Source: Octopus bimaculoides
Taxonomy: Eukaryota
Assembly (NCBI RefSeq): GCF_001194135.2
Contig: NC_069005.1
Location: 8,104,261-8,148,530 of the forward strand
DNA: 44,270 nucleotides
Reading direction: 5' to 3'
A program made the translations under genes and the position numbers. Positions 11,150-23,500 of the stretch are shown here, piece by piece; position 1 is the first letter of the stretch, and each line of letters starts with the position of its first letter. Below the pieces are notes generated by a model, which did not search any database, was not told the DNA's origin, and saw only the letters and a program-made list of their open reading frames with translations.

Positions 11150-11455
11150 GATAAAGACCCCCTTTGGTCATGAATGATCATGGCATTGCACCTAAAATGT
11201 TTCCCTCCGAGGCACAAGTCCAGGCAGGGCTCTTTGTGGAAGACCTGCAGTCGCCCATGCATACCAGCCTACTCTCTCCATGCCAAGAGAAAGGCAAAAG
11301 GGGATACAGCTTGGCACCAGTGATGCCATAACTCATTTCTACAGCAGAGTGAACTGGAGCAATGTGAAACTGTCTTGGTCAAGAACACAACTTGCAGCCT
11401 GGTCTGGGAATTGAACTTACTACCTCATGATCGAGAGCCCAACGCTCTAACCATT
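11150..11455 (-). mobile_element. tRNA-derived SINE family F (fragments also at 2433-2563 and ~31762-31860)
   Basis: Minus-strand head AATGGTTAGAGCGTTGGGC..AGTTCAATTCCC..TTGTGTTCTTGACCAAGAC; body shared with 31762-31860. Confidence 0.65.
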
Positions 11456-11843
11456 GACACAATTATTTCATGGACATTACAATTGCAACAACAACAACAT
11501 GATAAGCTAATGAGTGATGCCCCCCACTCCCTCCTGCATCATTATCTGATGTGAAATAGCAATGAAATCTCCCTCGTATTACATCACAAACCACCACTTT
11601 ACAAAAAGGGAGAACACACCCGATAATACAATTTTCACAAATAAGAAAAAAAAAAAAAAGAGAAACCTAAAACAAAACAGACAGGATAGTCAAGGTTGGA
11701 ACACCTTTTTTCATAAAGGTTTGCTTGATTGGGGTTTAAGGGGTAAATATAACGAGACAATGGAAATATCTACAAAGTGAAAAAAACATTTTTTAAAAAA
11801 CGGCTGAATGAAGCTGGTCAAAGTGACTTTTCAGTTGGCATTG

Positions 11844-12269
11844 CTACGTGATCATGCCTTGGAGTTGCTGCTGTCGTATCCGTTTCTTTTTTTCATATTT
11901 TGCCTTCAGCTGATCTAAATGCTTGATGAGAGAGTAGGTACTGTCCAATAGCTCACTGGTGGACAGTATACTTGTTTTACCGGAGGAATGGCGAGATGAA
12001 TGTCCAATAACAGGAGAAGTTGAAGAAGTATTGGTAACATGCTGCAGAAATGAGCTGAAAGTCTCTTGGTTGTGTGCATCACAGTTTGCTGGCTCAGACT
12101 GATGGAACAGCATTTGTGGTTCCATTGAGCTTTCATTCTGGTGTTTTCCTCTAGAGGCAGCAGTGAAGAACCGACGGTCTCCTGGCCTTTGTCTGAGGTG
12201 TTGAATACCACTGTCCATTTGAAACTGAGACGAAGTTCCAGCTGCTAAATTTTCTGCTTCCTCCATTGT
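11844..12269 (-). CDS. MIIP: MIIP-like terminal coding exon 8 (TMEEAENL...KYEKKKRIRQQQLQGMIT*)
   Basis: Acceptor ttttacttccag|ACA (phase 0); 141 codons then TAG; coincides with ORF 11844..12266. Confidence 0.8.
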   Translation of the reverse strand, partial: TMEEAENLAAGTSSQFQMDSGIQHLRQRPGDRRFFTAASRGKHQNESSMEPQMLFHQSEPANCDAHNQETFSSFLQHVTNTSSTSPVIGHSSRHSSGKTSILSTSELLDSTYSLIKHLDQLKAKYEKKKRIRQQQLQGMIT

Positions 12270-15200
12270 CTGGAAGTAAAATTTTTATTCGTTTGCATTA
12301 AATATGATATGCAGATAGCTATTTTAATCTAAAACTGCTTCTCTTGCACATAATGAATTTTAATTCAGTCAACCAACCAATTACAACATCAGTCGTTTTT
12401 CAATCATTATTTTCCTATATCAACAGCGATGGACTTTGTCTTGGCATGCAGCTGTCAGTACATAAAGCCTAAAAAGGCAGAAATGCATGTCCAGCATTCC
12501 CATCACAGCTGCTGGACAATTCTCTTCTTGTCGCTAAATCTCACCTGTTTCCAAGTAAGCTAATATTTCACAGGACATTGGAAAATTAAAAGGAATGTTT
12601 GTATGACTGTGACACTTGCTCACAACCATCATGAGGTCAAGACACACACATACATTTATGTTATATTTTATATATACATATAGTTTTAGGGAAAAGAACC
12701 AAAGTTCATGAACTCATCGATGAAAATCCACTGTCACATATAGTTTTTACCTGTAATTTTGGATTTTTATCCCTAATATTATTATTATATATATATATAT
12801 ATATAAATATACACAACAGGCTTTTTCAGTTTCCATCTACAAGTTAGTTATGTAGTAGCACATTTTCATCGGGTATTATCAATAGGAGCAGTTACTCACA
12901 AGACAGAACCCCTTTAACTGAGTAGGGAGTAGCATGAAGGGATGAAAGTTAATAAAATTGCTGCTTGTCAGTGACTTACCAGCATTTCTTTTGCTCTGCC
13001 ACCCGAAGCATGTTTGATGCTGATGCTAGAAGCTGTGGCCAGCTTACCATGTTGGGTGTTGTTCCATCCCATTACACAGTGCTGGTGCAAGAAAACAAAA
13101 GGAAGAGAAGCAATTGTTATATATATGACAGTGTATGTGAGAGGAAGCTGACGTCAAAGCTGATACAGCAAAGAGAAAGATAAAGAGATGCAACTGCAAA
13201 GGGATGAGTGTCACTGAAGTCAGTGAGAAAGACGGCTAGAGAGGCAGAGAGACATTCTTTTCTTTTATTTGCTTCAGTCGTTTTGACTGTGGCCATGCTG
13301 GAGCACTGCCTTGAAGGATTTTACTTGGAAAATAAACCCCAGGACTTATTTTTTAAGCCTAGTACTTATTCTATCAGTCGCTTTTGCTGAACTGCTGAGT
13401 TGGGTGGGGGACAAATACAGACACACACACATTATATATATATACAATAGGCTTCCTTCAGTTTCTTATTTCTTTACTGCCCACAAGGGGCTACACACAG
13501 AGGGGACAAACAAGGACAAAGGGATTAAGTCGATTACATTGACCCCAGTGTGTAACTGGTACTTAATTTATCGACCCCGAAAAGATGAAAGGCAAAGTCG
13601 ACCTCGGCGGAATTTGAACTCAGAACGTAGCGACAGACGAAATACCACTAAGCATTTTTGCCAGGCATGCCAATGCTTCTGCCAGCTCACTGCCATTTCA
13701 ATTTCTGTTGGCGTCTTTCAGTTTCTGTCTACCAAATCCACTCACAAGGTTTTGGTCAGCCCAAAGCTATAGTAGAAGACACTAGCCCAAGGTGCTGCAC
13801 AGTGGAACTGAACTCGGAACCATGTGGTTGGGAAGCAAGCTTCTTACCACACATATGTAGAAAAAGAGATAGTAAAGCGAAGGAGGTTAGACACAGACAG
13901 ACAGACAGACAGATACACACACAGATTTTAAATTCTGGCACAAGACCAGCAATTTCAAGTTGGGGGGGAGCAAGTCAATTTCATCAACCCCAGTACTCAT
14001 TTTGTCAACCCTGAGAAACAATGTCGACCTTGGCAGAATTTGAACTCAGAACATGAAGATGGACAAAATGCTGCTAAGCGTGTCACCCAGCATGCTAACA
14101 ATTCTGTCAGCTTGCCACTGGCACACAAACACACACACCCTTTGTTTTTATGCTGAACATTAAATGTATGTATGCATGCATATACGTATTGTTGTTTTTG
14201 AGGTCTGTTTAACCCTGATCATGCAATCTGACAAATGCACTCCAGCTGTGTTCATCCTTTCTCAGCCATTTCTACAGTTGCTATATCAACCATATCTGCA
14301 TCTAGATATTCTTCTACAGAGATTCTTCTAAACAACAACAAAGACTGCAATTATTAATGTATGCCATCTTGCTTCTTTGCTAGGAGTACACCTATGTTAC
14401 ATATCCTGGAGTTGTCATTCTTCTGATGGTCTTTGACTGTGAGATATTTGGTTGAAGTAAATCCTTTTTTGAGGTTTTATACAAAAGCCAAAAAGAGAGC
14501 CACTATGTGGTCACTGAAATATCAGTCTGGCCATTATTTCAAGGACTGCATTATTCGATATCTTCTTCCTTTCTCTAAGACAGTAAAGCACAATTTCTTG
14601 GAAATCTGGCTGCTATTTCTAGGACTGCACTGTTCAATATGTCCTTCCTTTTGCATAAACAGTACAGCATGATTTCTTGGAAATCAAGCTGCTATTTCTA
14701 GAACTGCATTGTTCAATATGTCCTTTCTTTTTCTAAGACAGTAAAGCTGCTGTTTCTCGACTTCGATTGTTCAGTGTCCTTCCTTCTAAGACTACATTTT
14801 CCACTGTGTCCTTCCTTTTTTAAGACAGAACAGCATGATTTGCTCAAAATCTGGCTGCTAGTTCTAATACTAGACAGAAGAGTGTGATTTGCTGCTGCTA
14901 TTGACAAAGATGATTAACACATTGATAATGATGATGGTGATGAAGATGATAATGTTGTTGACAATGAAGATCATATTCATCATTGTCCCATTACACAATT
15001 CCTAAACACACAAAACATATGGGAAATAAAAGAAAAAAACCCACAGACCTTTCCAAGTGACAGAGTGTCAGTGGTATCACAAGTACCCTTCCGAGGAGCT
15101 TTATTGACTTGGCATTTGGTCAACAACAGATCTTGTGGCATGCTGATTCTACAAGAGGAAAAGAACATGAATGATAGATTGAAAACAGAATGAAATAAAA

Positions 15201-17499
15201 ACTAGACAAATGAACAAAGGAAAAAAAAAAACCCTATCCCCTTGCTCCAAAAATTACAACCATTCTTTAATTTGCAAGTTATACATACAAACTTCATCAT
15301 TCAAGATTATCAACATTACCTGTGTTTTGGTACCACATTTTAATACCATGTTTTGATTAGTGTAATGTTCCATCACTTTCCACACACACACACATATATA
15401 TATATAAAATGGACTCTCCTATTGGTAGACGATGTATGAGGGTTCGACAATTTTTTACCAAACATGATTTGTTTATAGTGATCAAATGTTTGTGTAGACA
15501 TAAGCTCACTCCCACCATCAAATCGATGTTACCTGTACAGGTGCAACTGGGTGCCACATATCAGATGTTGAAATGATCACAGAGATTTGTGGTTCAGCAA
15601 AGGATTTAATTTCAATTTAGCTTCAAAGAAAAATTAAGAAAATAACACTACTTGGTGCTGATACTGCAGAATTTCTATCAAGTTACCTCTCTTTGGTATC
15701 TCCCATTGATAATGATTAAAGAGCTAGAAACACAACTGGAAATCTGATAGGGGACAGCACCGGGTGGATATGGTGTTTTACACCTTTTACCATAAGACAG
15801 AATTTTTTTCTCCACAGTAATTGTAGTGAATTTGCTTCTGGAAATTAAAATATATCACAAACATATTTTAACTAACCTAAAGTTTGCTTATGCCTAAACA
15901 CTGCTTAGCATTGATACTGCTGAATTTCTTTTGGCCAGGCAGCCCCATGGTGCAGCTCAGTCAATGTTGTTGACTGTGTTTTAATTAAAGCTACAGCTTT
16001 AAATCTGCCCAGCATTACCTCTCTTTGGTATTTTCCATTGATAATGGCTAAAGAGCTAGCAATGTTGCATCTGATGAAGGGCAACACTGGGCAAATACAG
16101 TGTTTTTATATCTTTCATCATAAGAGAGAATTTTTTTTCTCCATAGTAACTGCAGTGAATTTGTCTTTAGAAGTTAAAATATGTCACAAACATATTTTAA
16201 CTAACCTAAAGTTCACATACGCTTAAACACTGCTTGGCACTGATGCTGCTAAGAAAATAAGATTTACCTGACGTATCTTGGGGACGTAAACGTGGGTTTA
16301 CTCTCAGCACTGCTTCGTTTGTTATTGACTTCAGAGGACTCAGAAGTTAAGAAAGACTTTTTCTTCATTGGTTCCGAGAATAACCGGTCATTAATATGGT
16401 ATGATTTGATTTCTGTTTAAGAAAAGAAAGAAAAGAAAAAAAAAAAGATAATCACAATTGAATGGGTAATTAAGCATTTTCTTAACCCTTTAGCATTCAA
16501 ACCAGCCATATCTGGCCCATATATTTTATCTGTTTTATAGTCACTCCAGCTAGATCCAGCCTCTCACACCTACCCAGCAATGTCATTCTAAAAGTAGACA
16601 ATCACATCACTGAAATCCCAAAGCTACATGTTTTATCTAGTACATGGTTAGTTCATCAAAACAATGTGAATCAATAAGTAATATATTTGACAGAATAATG
16701 TGAATACTAAAAAGTTAAACCGGCTGTATCTGTTTCGAATATTCTATCTGATTTATGTTCATATTAGCCAGATCCAGCCTCTCACACCTCACCTATAATG
16801 TCATTTTAAAAATAAAGTCACATCATTGAAGTTTTGAAGCTATGAGATAATGCAGGATTTATTCAAAACAATGTGAATCAACAAGCAAGGTTAGTTTTAT
16901 TCTACCGATGCATTGCGTGTACGCGGCACCCCGAGTTGCGTTGGGGGTTCGGTGTGTGGCGGCTGTGCGCTCGCGCGTAGTCTGTCACCGACAACGTCAA
17001 CTCGGCTATGGCTATCCTGTCCAGTACGAGAAGAACCGCGGGATCAGAGCAACAATTTGGTAGCATAAGGATTATGATATATATATATATATGTATGTAT
17101 ATATTGGAAATGTGCTGTGCGTGAGAAGACTCGGCAAGCCAAGTAAGATCGTTGCCAGTGCCCCTGGACTGGCTCTTGTGCGGCTGGCACATAAGATGCA
17201 CCATTTTGAGCGTGGCCGTTGCCAGTACCGCCTGACTGGCCTTCATAGGATTTTCGAGCGAGATCGTTGCCAGTGCCCCTGGACTGGCTTGTGTGGGTGG
17301 CACATAAAAGACACCATTTCGAGCGTGGCCGTTGCCAGTATCGCCTGACTGGCCTTCGTGCAGGTGACACGTAAAAGCACCNNNNNNNNNNGGAGCCTGG
17401 TGTTGCCATCCGGTTTCACCAGTCCTCAGTCAAATCGTCCAACCCATGCTAGCATGAAAAGCGGAAGTTAAACGATGATGATGATGATGATGATGATGA

Positions 17500-17530
<31 letters not shown>

Positions 17531-20337
17531 CAGACTGGAGCCTGGTGTTGCCATCCGGTTTCACCAGTCCTCAGTCAAATCGTCCAACCCATGCTAGCAT
17601 GGAAAGCGGACGTTAAACGATGATGATGATGATGATGACGATGATATATATATATACATATACACACACACACGTTATGTGTATGACACCCTGTGCAAAA
17701 TGTCTTCTACAATAGCCTTGGATTGACCAATGCCTTGTGAGTTTGGTAGACGGGGATTTGAGGAAGCCTGCTGGTTGTGTGTATGTGCATATATGTATCT
17801 TTGTGTCAGTGTTTGTTCCCCATCATCACTTGACAGACAATATTCGTTTGTTTATATCTCCATTACTTAGTGGTTTGGAAAAAAAAACAGAATAAGTATT
17901 AGACTTCAAAAAAAAAAAATCCCATAAGCACCGAGGTCAATCTGTTTGACTAAACCCTTCACGGTAGTGCCCCAGCATGGCCACAGTCCAATGACTGAAA
18001 CAAGTAAAAGATAAAAGAAGCAGGGAAACTTACTAGACTCAGTCAGTATATCTTGTATCAACTGAGGTTCACGAGATTCATCCACAAAGTTCTCCCTTGA
18101 AAAAAAAAAATAAATAAATAAAGAGATGGAGGTTGAAGAGACTGGAAGTACGAAAGGGAAGAAACTTAAAGCTTTTTTTACCAAATTATTTGTTTAAAAA
18201 GTAATTTCAAAAAGAAACAATCTTGTGAGATGTGTAAATGGAAACATTTTCTTTTTCTTTCACTTCCCTGTTCTATTCAATTGCAAAAAAAAAAAAAACG
18301 AAAGGACACCATTTAGAAAAACCTCTTGTACCAGCAACACATGCAAAAGGTAACCATGCTAGTGTCACATGAATAAAGCACCTAAGCTGGTACCATATGG
18401 AAAAAACAACCATGCCAGCATCATGTGAAAAAAAGTACCTACGTTGGCGTCCCTTGAAAGAAGCACACGACATGTGCCACACAAATATAGCATTTGTGCT
18501 ACTGTTCTGTGAAAAATGCACCCAGTACACACTGAAAAGTGGTTGGTGTTACGAAGGGCATCCAGCAATAGAAGCCTTGCCAAAACAGATGACTGAAGCC
18601 TCGTTTGCCAGCTCCTGTCAAACCATCCACCCCCGTGCTGGCATAGAATACTGGAGAAGCAAGGTGAGACATGAGGTAGTGTTATGTATCCTTTTACCAT
18701 CTGAGCATTGAGCACTTGTCCAACACATTCAACTCATAAATTTCTGGCATCATGCATGAATAAGTACAGTAAATCGCAGCTGACAGCAACAGGATTTGAA
18801 CTTGAGATGTAATGAATGTAACTAAACACTTTCAGGCATTTCCTCCAACACCTATTTGCAATGTATACATGCAGTGGTAATGTGCAATAGTTGTAATAAG
18901 AAAAGCAACATGTGGCTGTGTGGTAAGAAGCTTGCTTCCCAACCACATGGTTCTGGGTTCAGTCCCACTGCGTGGCACCTTAGGCAAAAATGCCTTCTAC
19001 GAGAGCCTTCAACTGACCAAAGCTTTGTGGGTGGATTTGGTAGATGGAAACTGAAAGAAGCCCATCGTGTGTGTGTGTGTTTGTCCTCCACCACTGATTG
19101 ACAGTTGGTGTTGGTGTGTTTATATCCCTGTAACTTAACAGTTTGGCAAAAGAGACTGATAGAATAAATACTGGAGTCAATTCATTTGACTAAGATTCTT
19201 CAAGTTGGTGCCCCAAGAAAAAAAATAACATTATCATTGAAATAAAAAAAAAAGAAAGAAAAAAACACCAATTCATAAATCACACACACACACACACACA
19301 AAACAGAACACTGATTCATTCAAATCAAAAGTTAATTTTAAAAAAAAAATAAATAAATATCATTGACATACAGCTGGTTGACATCTGTCAATCTTCTGTC
19401 TTGAGATTCCTTCCAGAAGGACTTCAGCTTGTCAAAGTGCTCGTTGGACAAGTGTGTTGTAGAGTGATGCTGACGGTTGTCTAGAATACCAGCAATCCAA
19501 TCGTAGCCAAGTAACTTCTCTTTCTGAAGATGCAAAGAAGTACCAAAACAGAAATCGAAAATAGAAATCAATACAAATGAAAAATGATGAATCGAAAAAG
19601 GAAAGATAAGATAATGTGAAAAAAAAAAACTGATTTGAAATAGGTGCAGGCATGGCTATGTGGTTAGGAAGTTTGTATTTGTAACCACATGGTTTTGGGT
19701 TCAGTCCCACTGTATAGCATCTTGAGCAAGTGTTTTCTACTATAGCCTCAAGCTGGCCAATGCCTGTGAGTAAAATTTGGTAGATGGGAACTGGAAGAAG
19801 CCCATCATATATATGCATGTGTGTACTATGGTAAAATGGTGTGTTGGGTTGCATTCCTTTACATTAGGAGGTAACTTAGCTATTTGATCAATAAATATCA
19901 ATAAAATAAAAATAGTACACTAAAACAAATATTTGAATTCAATCTGAATGAATAAAAAAAAAAAATTCTGAAGAGAGAAAGAGAGCGAGAAAATGTATGC
20001 TCTAGAATGGCCAAAGTCCAGTAATGCGAAACCAGTAGAAACATTATGTTGATTTCAATAGGTTCAAATGCTGCATTCAAGACACTTTGTAGGCAGGCAT
20101 TAATGGCATTCATTAGTCAGAAGCAATAAAATTTCTGCAGAGAAGGGTAAGAATGCCAAGTGCTGAAGTCAAACTTGTTGAAAGGTACTTTAGACTGAGC
20201 TTATCAATTCGCTGTTGCTAATATTCTAATGTCATTCATATATTGAGATACCATAAGCACTAATTTGAGACAGATACGCTGAGTTACTATATCTATCTGT
20301 TTATGTATATATACATATGTGTATGTGTGTGTGTGTG

Positions 20338-20372
<35 letters not shown>

Positions 20373-20537
20373 CACGGGAATGGTTGTACGGTAAGAAGCT
20401 TCCTTCCCAGTCATATGGTTTCATGTTCAGTCCTACTGTGTGGTACCTTGGACAAATGTCTTCTAGTATAGTCCCAGGGTGGCCAAAGCTTTATGAGCGG
20501 ATTTAGTATACAGAAACTGAAAGAAGCCCATTATGTA

Positions 20538-20576
<39 letters not shown>

Positions 20577-23500
20577 ATATGCATGTGCCTGTGTGTTTGT
20601 CCCCGATTACCACTGAACAACTGGTGTTGGTTAGTTTATGTCCCCATATCTTAATACTTCAGCAAAAGAAAACAACAAAAGTATAAGGATAAGGAAAAAA
20701 AAGTACTGAGGTTGACTTGTTTGACTAAACCCTTCAATCTAGTGCCCCAGCATGGCTGCAGTCCACTGATATATATATGTATATATATGTGTATATGTGT
20801 GTGTGTGTGTGTCTCTCTCTCTCTCTCTCTAAATTTATATCTATAGCAACAAAACAAAAATACTTCCCTCTCAAGTTACACACTACCAACTTACCGGCTT
20901 GCCAAAAAACAGCAGCCAAATCTCCCTCATATTATGCTAGGTTTTAAGTAACGAATGATACAATAGACAACATAGTACAACACATGAAAACACTGATGGA
21001 GGGATGGTCAGAGGTGGAATGCCTTTGATCATAGGCATGCTTGATCAAAGTTGACCTGAGGTTAACCACCAACACCACCACACATATTTCTTCACGTTCA
21101 ACATAAACATGTTTCAGAAATCTCTTACCTGGCTCTTGAATGCAGATCTTGGTGCATCTTTGCCGATATTTTCTTTACCGACTTTTGAATGTCTATTGGT
21201 ACCAACAGAAACTCTACTGGGTTTCTTCAGGTTTCCACTATCATTGAGTCGAGAAGAATACTGACAGATTTCCACTGCACCAGGATCTTCAACCTCTTCC
21301 TTTTTTCCAGCATCTTTTTGTGAGCTGTCCAAGATCTTGTTGTGTAGTTTCATTTGGTTTTCTTCAGCACTGGCATTAAGATGGCTGCTACTTCTGCCTT
21401 CAGGCTTTGAGCTATCACTCAGATCATTATCACTCAACTGGAGGTCGCTATCATCGTTATCAATGGTAAGACTATTACGCCACTGGCTTGCCCAGTTATC
21501 GGAACACAAAATTCTGAGAGGGCTTCTAGGTTCATGTTCTTCCTTTGTTGAATCTTCTAAGAACTTATCTTTGGTGATCTGAAGATGACGGTTATGAGAT
21601 TTTGGAGTTTGTGGATGATATTTTGCTTTGCTTGTGGCATTTGGTGTCTGACAATTTAATTCATCATTGCTCAGATAAGGTCTTATGGCTGGGGGCTCAT
21701 CAGGCATGGATTGAGCAAATCTAGGGTCTTCCAAAGAAAATTTGATAGTGACAATATCATCATCATCATCATCATCAACATTATCACCACTACCAATGAA
21801 GTAATCAATGAGAAAACCATCTCCACCGTCAGTTACGTCAATCTCATCATCACAAATCAATTTACCATCAACATTGCCAATAGCAATATCACCCCTGATA
21901 CCTCTCTCACAAACATTAATTTCATCTTCTGGAATATCCCAGCTAGTGGCATCATCAACGTTATCGTTGGCATTCTCATAATCATCAAAGTGCACAGCAT
22001 CATCGTTGGCTCCAACACTATGGATATAATCAAAGAAGCCAGTTGTGACCGGGGTACTGCTACTGTAGTTGTTGCTACTGTCGAAGCATCTGTTTCCTCC
22101 ATCATACAAAGACTTCAAGACTTTGACTGGTGAACTTTCTAAATGATTGCACAATGGTTTCTTACAAGAGATATTTTCTCTGTTTGCAGCTGTTTTATGC
22201 GCTGGTCTATTGCCATAATGTCCAGGTGATATTATATTGCTTATTTCTGTAACATGACTATAACTGGACACAGTGGAGTAGTTGGCTTTTGAAGCAGCTA
22301 AAATCCTCTTCTTCCGGTTACTGAAACAAATAAATAAAAATAAACAGTAAATAAAAAATATATATATACGTGGCCTGATCAATAAGTATCCAGAATGTTG
22401 CCATAGTAATGAAGCTAAAGCATGCAGAGTGAAGCTGCTAGGCACAGATTGACCTTCAACTCTGCTGTGCATGTGCACTAAGTTTTAACATTCTAGCTCA
22501 GTTCCGCTTTTTACAGCAGTGCTTGGAAGGACATGTGTAGCATGTGATCATCACACTGACCATGATGGAGAAAGTTGAGCAGAGAATCTGCATCAAATTT
22601 TGCCAAAAGCTTGGCAATACCTGTTCAGAGGCCTACACAAAGTTTTCATTGTTCTTGTGCAACTGAAACCAGAGTGTCTTTTTGGTCAGCTGAAAGCAGT
22701 TTTGGCACAAACTTGGCAGACACAGGTCTCATACCCAAATCTTCAGTGATAATGGACTGAATTGAATTGTAACTAATCTGCATATTCTCTGATAACTCAA
22801 GGATGGCGATTCAACGATTTCCCCTCACAGCTGCATGCACATCTGTGATGTTTTTCTCAGTTCTGCTGGTTGCAGGTCTCTCAGAACTTTCATTAATATT
22901 GACATTTTTTGGCTATCTTGGAAACATCTGAACCACTCGTTCACTTGTGTGTGGCTCATATACTCCTCCCCATACACTTTCAGCAACTTTGCATAGGCTT
23001 TTGAGCAGGTATCGCCATGACAACATTCTCTGTCATGGTCAATATGACGATCACACGCTACATGCCTTCCTTAAGGTGCATGCACAGCAGAGTTCAAGGT
23101 CAATCTCTGCCGAGTGGCTTCACTCTGTGTGCTTTGGCTTCGTTATGCGGCAACTTTCCAGATACTTATTGATCAGACCTCATATATATGAGGTGGAGGC
23201 TGAAAAGTTCCTGGCTTTGGGTAAAAGAAAATATAGGAGGATCAGTTAATTATGATTTTATACAATATATTCCCCTTTCAGGTTCACGCACTTATTGCAG
23301 TGGTCCTTCAGTTTTTTAAGCTCTGTAAAAAAAAACTGTAAAATACAGAGAGTATGATTCTGAAAAAAAAAAAAAAAAATTCCGTAAAATTTCAATTTTT
23401 CAAAAAACTAAATAAATAAAACACATCCCTCCACTCCGCCCTATGTCAAGAAATTTGAAAGGCAAATCTTTTTGCAGATTCGGAATTTCCACCCTCGATA

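Larger units (their letters stand above)
17690..20765 (+). mobile_element. SINE family B copies in MIIP introns: 17690-18018, 18905-19216, 19645-19808 (head), 20352-20765
   Basis: Each matches the family B consensus; the span groups four separate copies, and exons 3 and 4 lie between them. Confidence 0.8.

Noticed and set aside
22321-22478. Met start and first 53 aa of the 454-aa ORF 21114..22478
   Set aside because: They lie in intron 1 (polypyrimidine tract plus mariner TIR). The real exon starts at the AG acceptor 22321/22320 and ends at the donor 21129.
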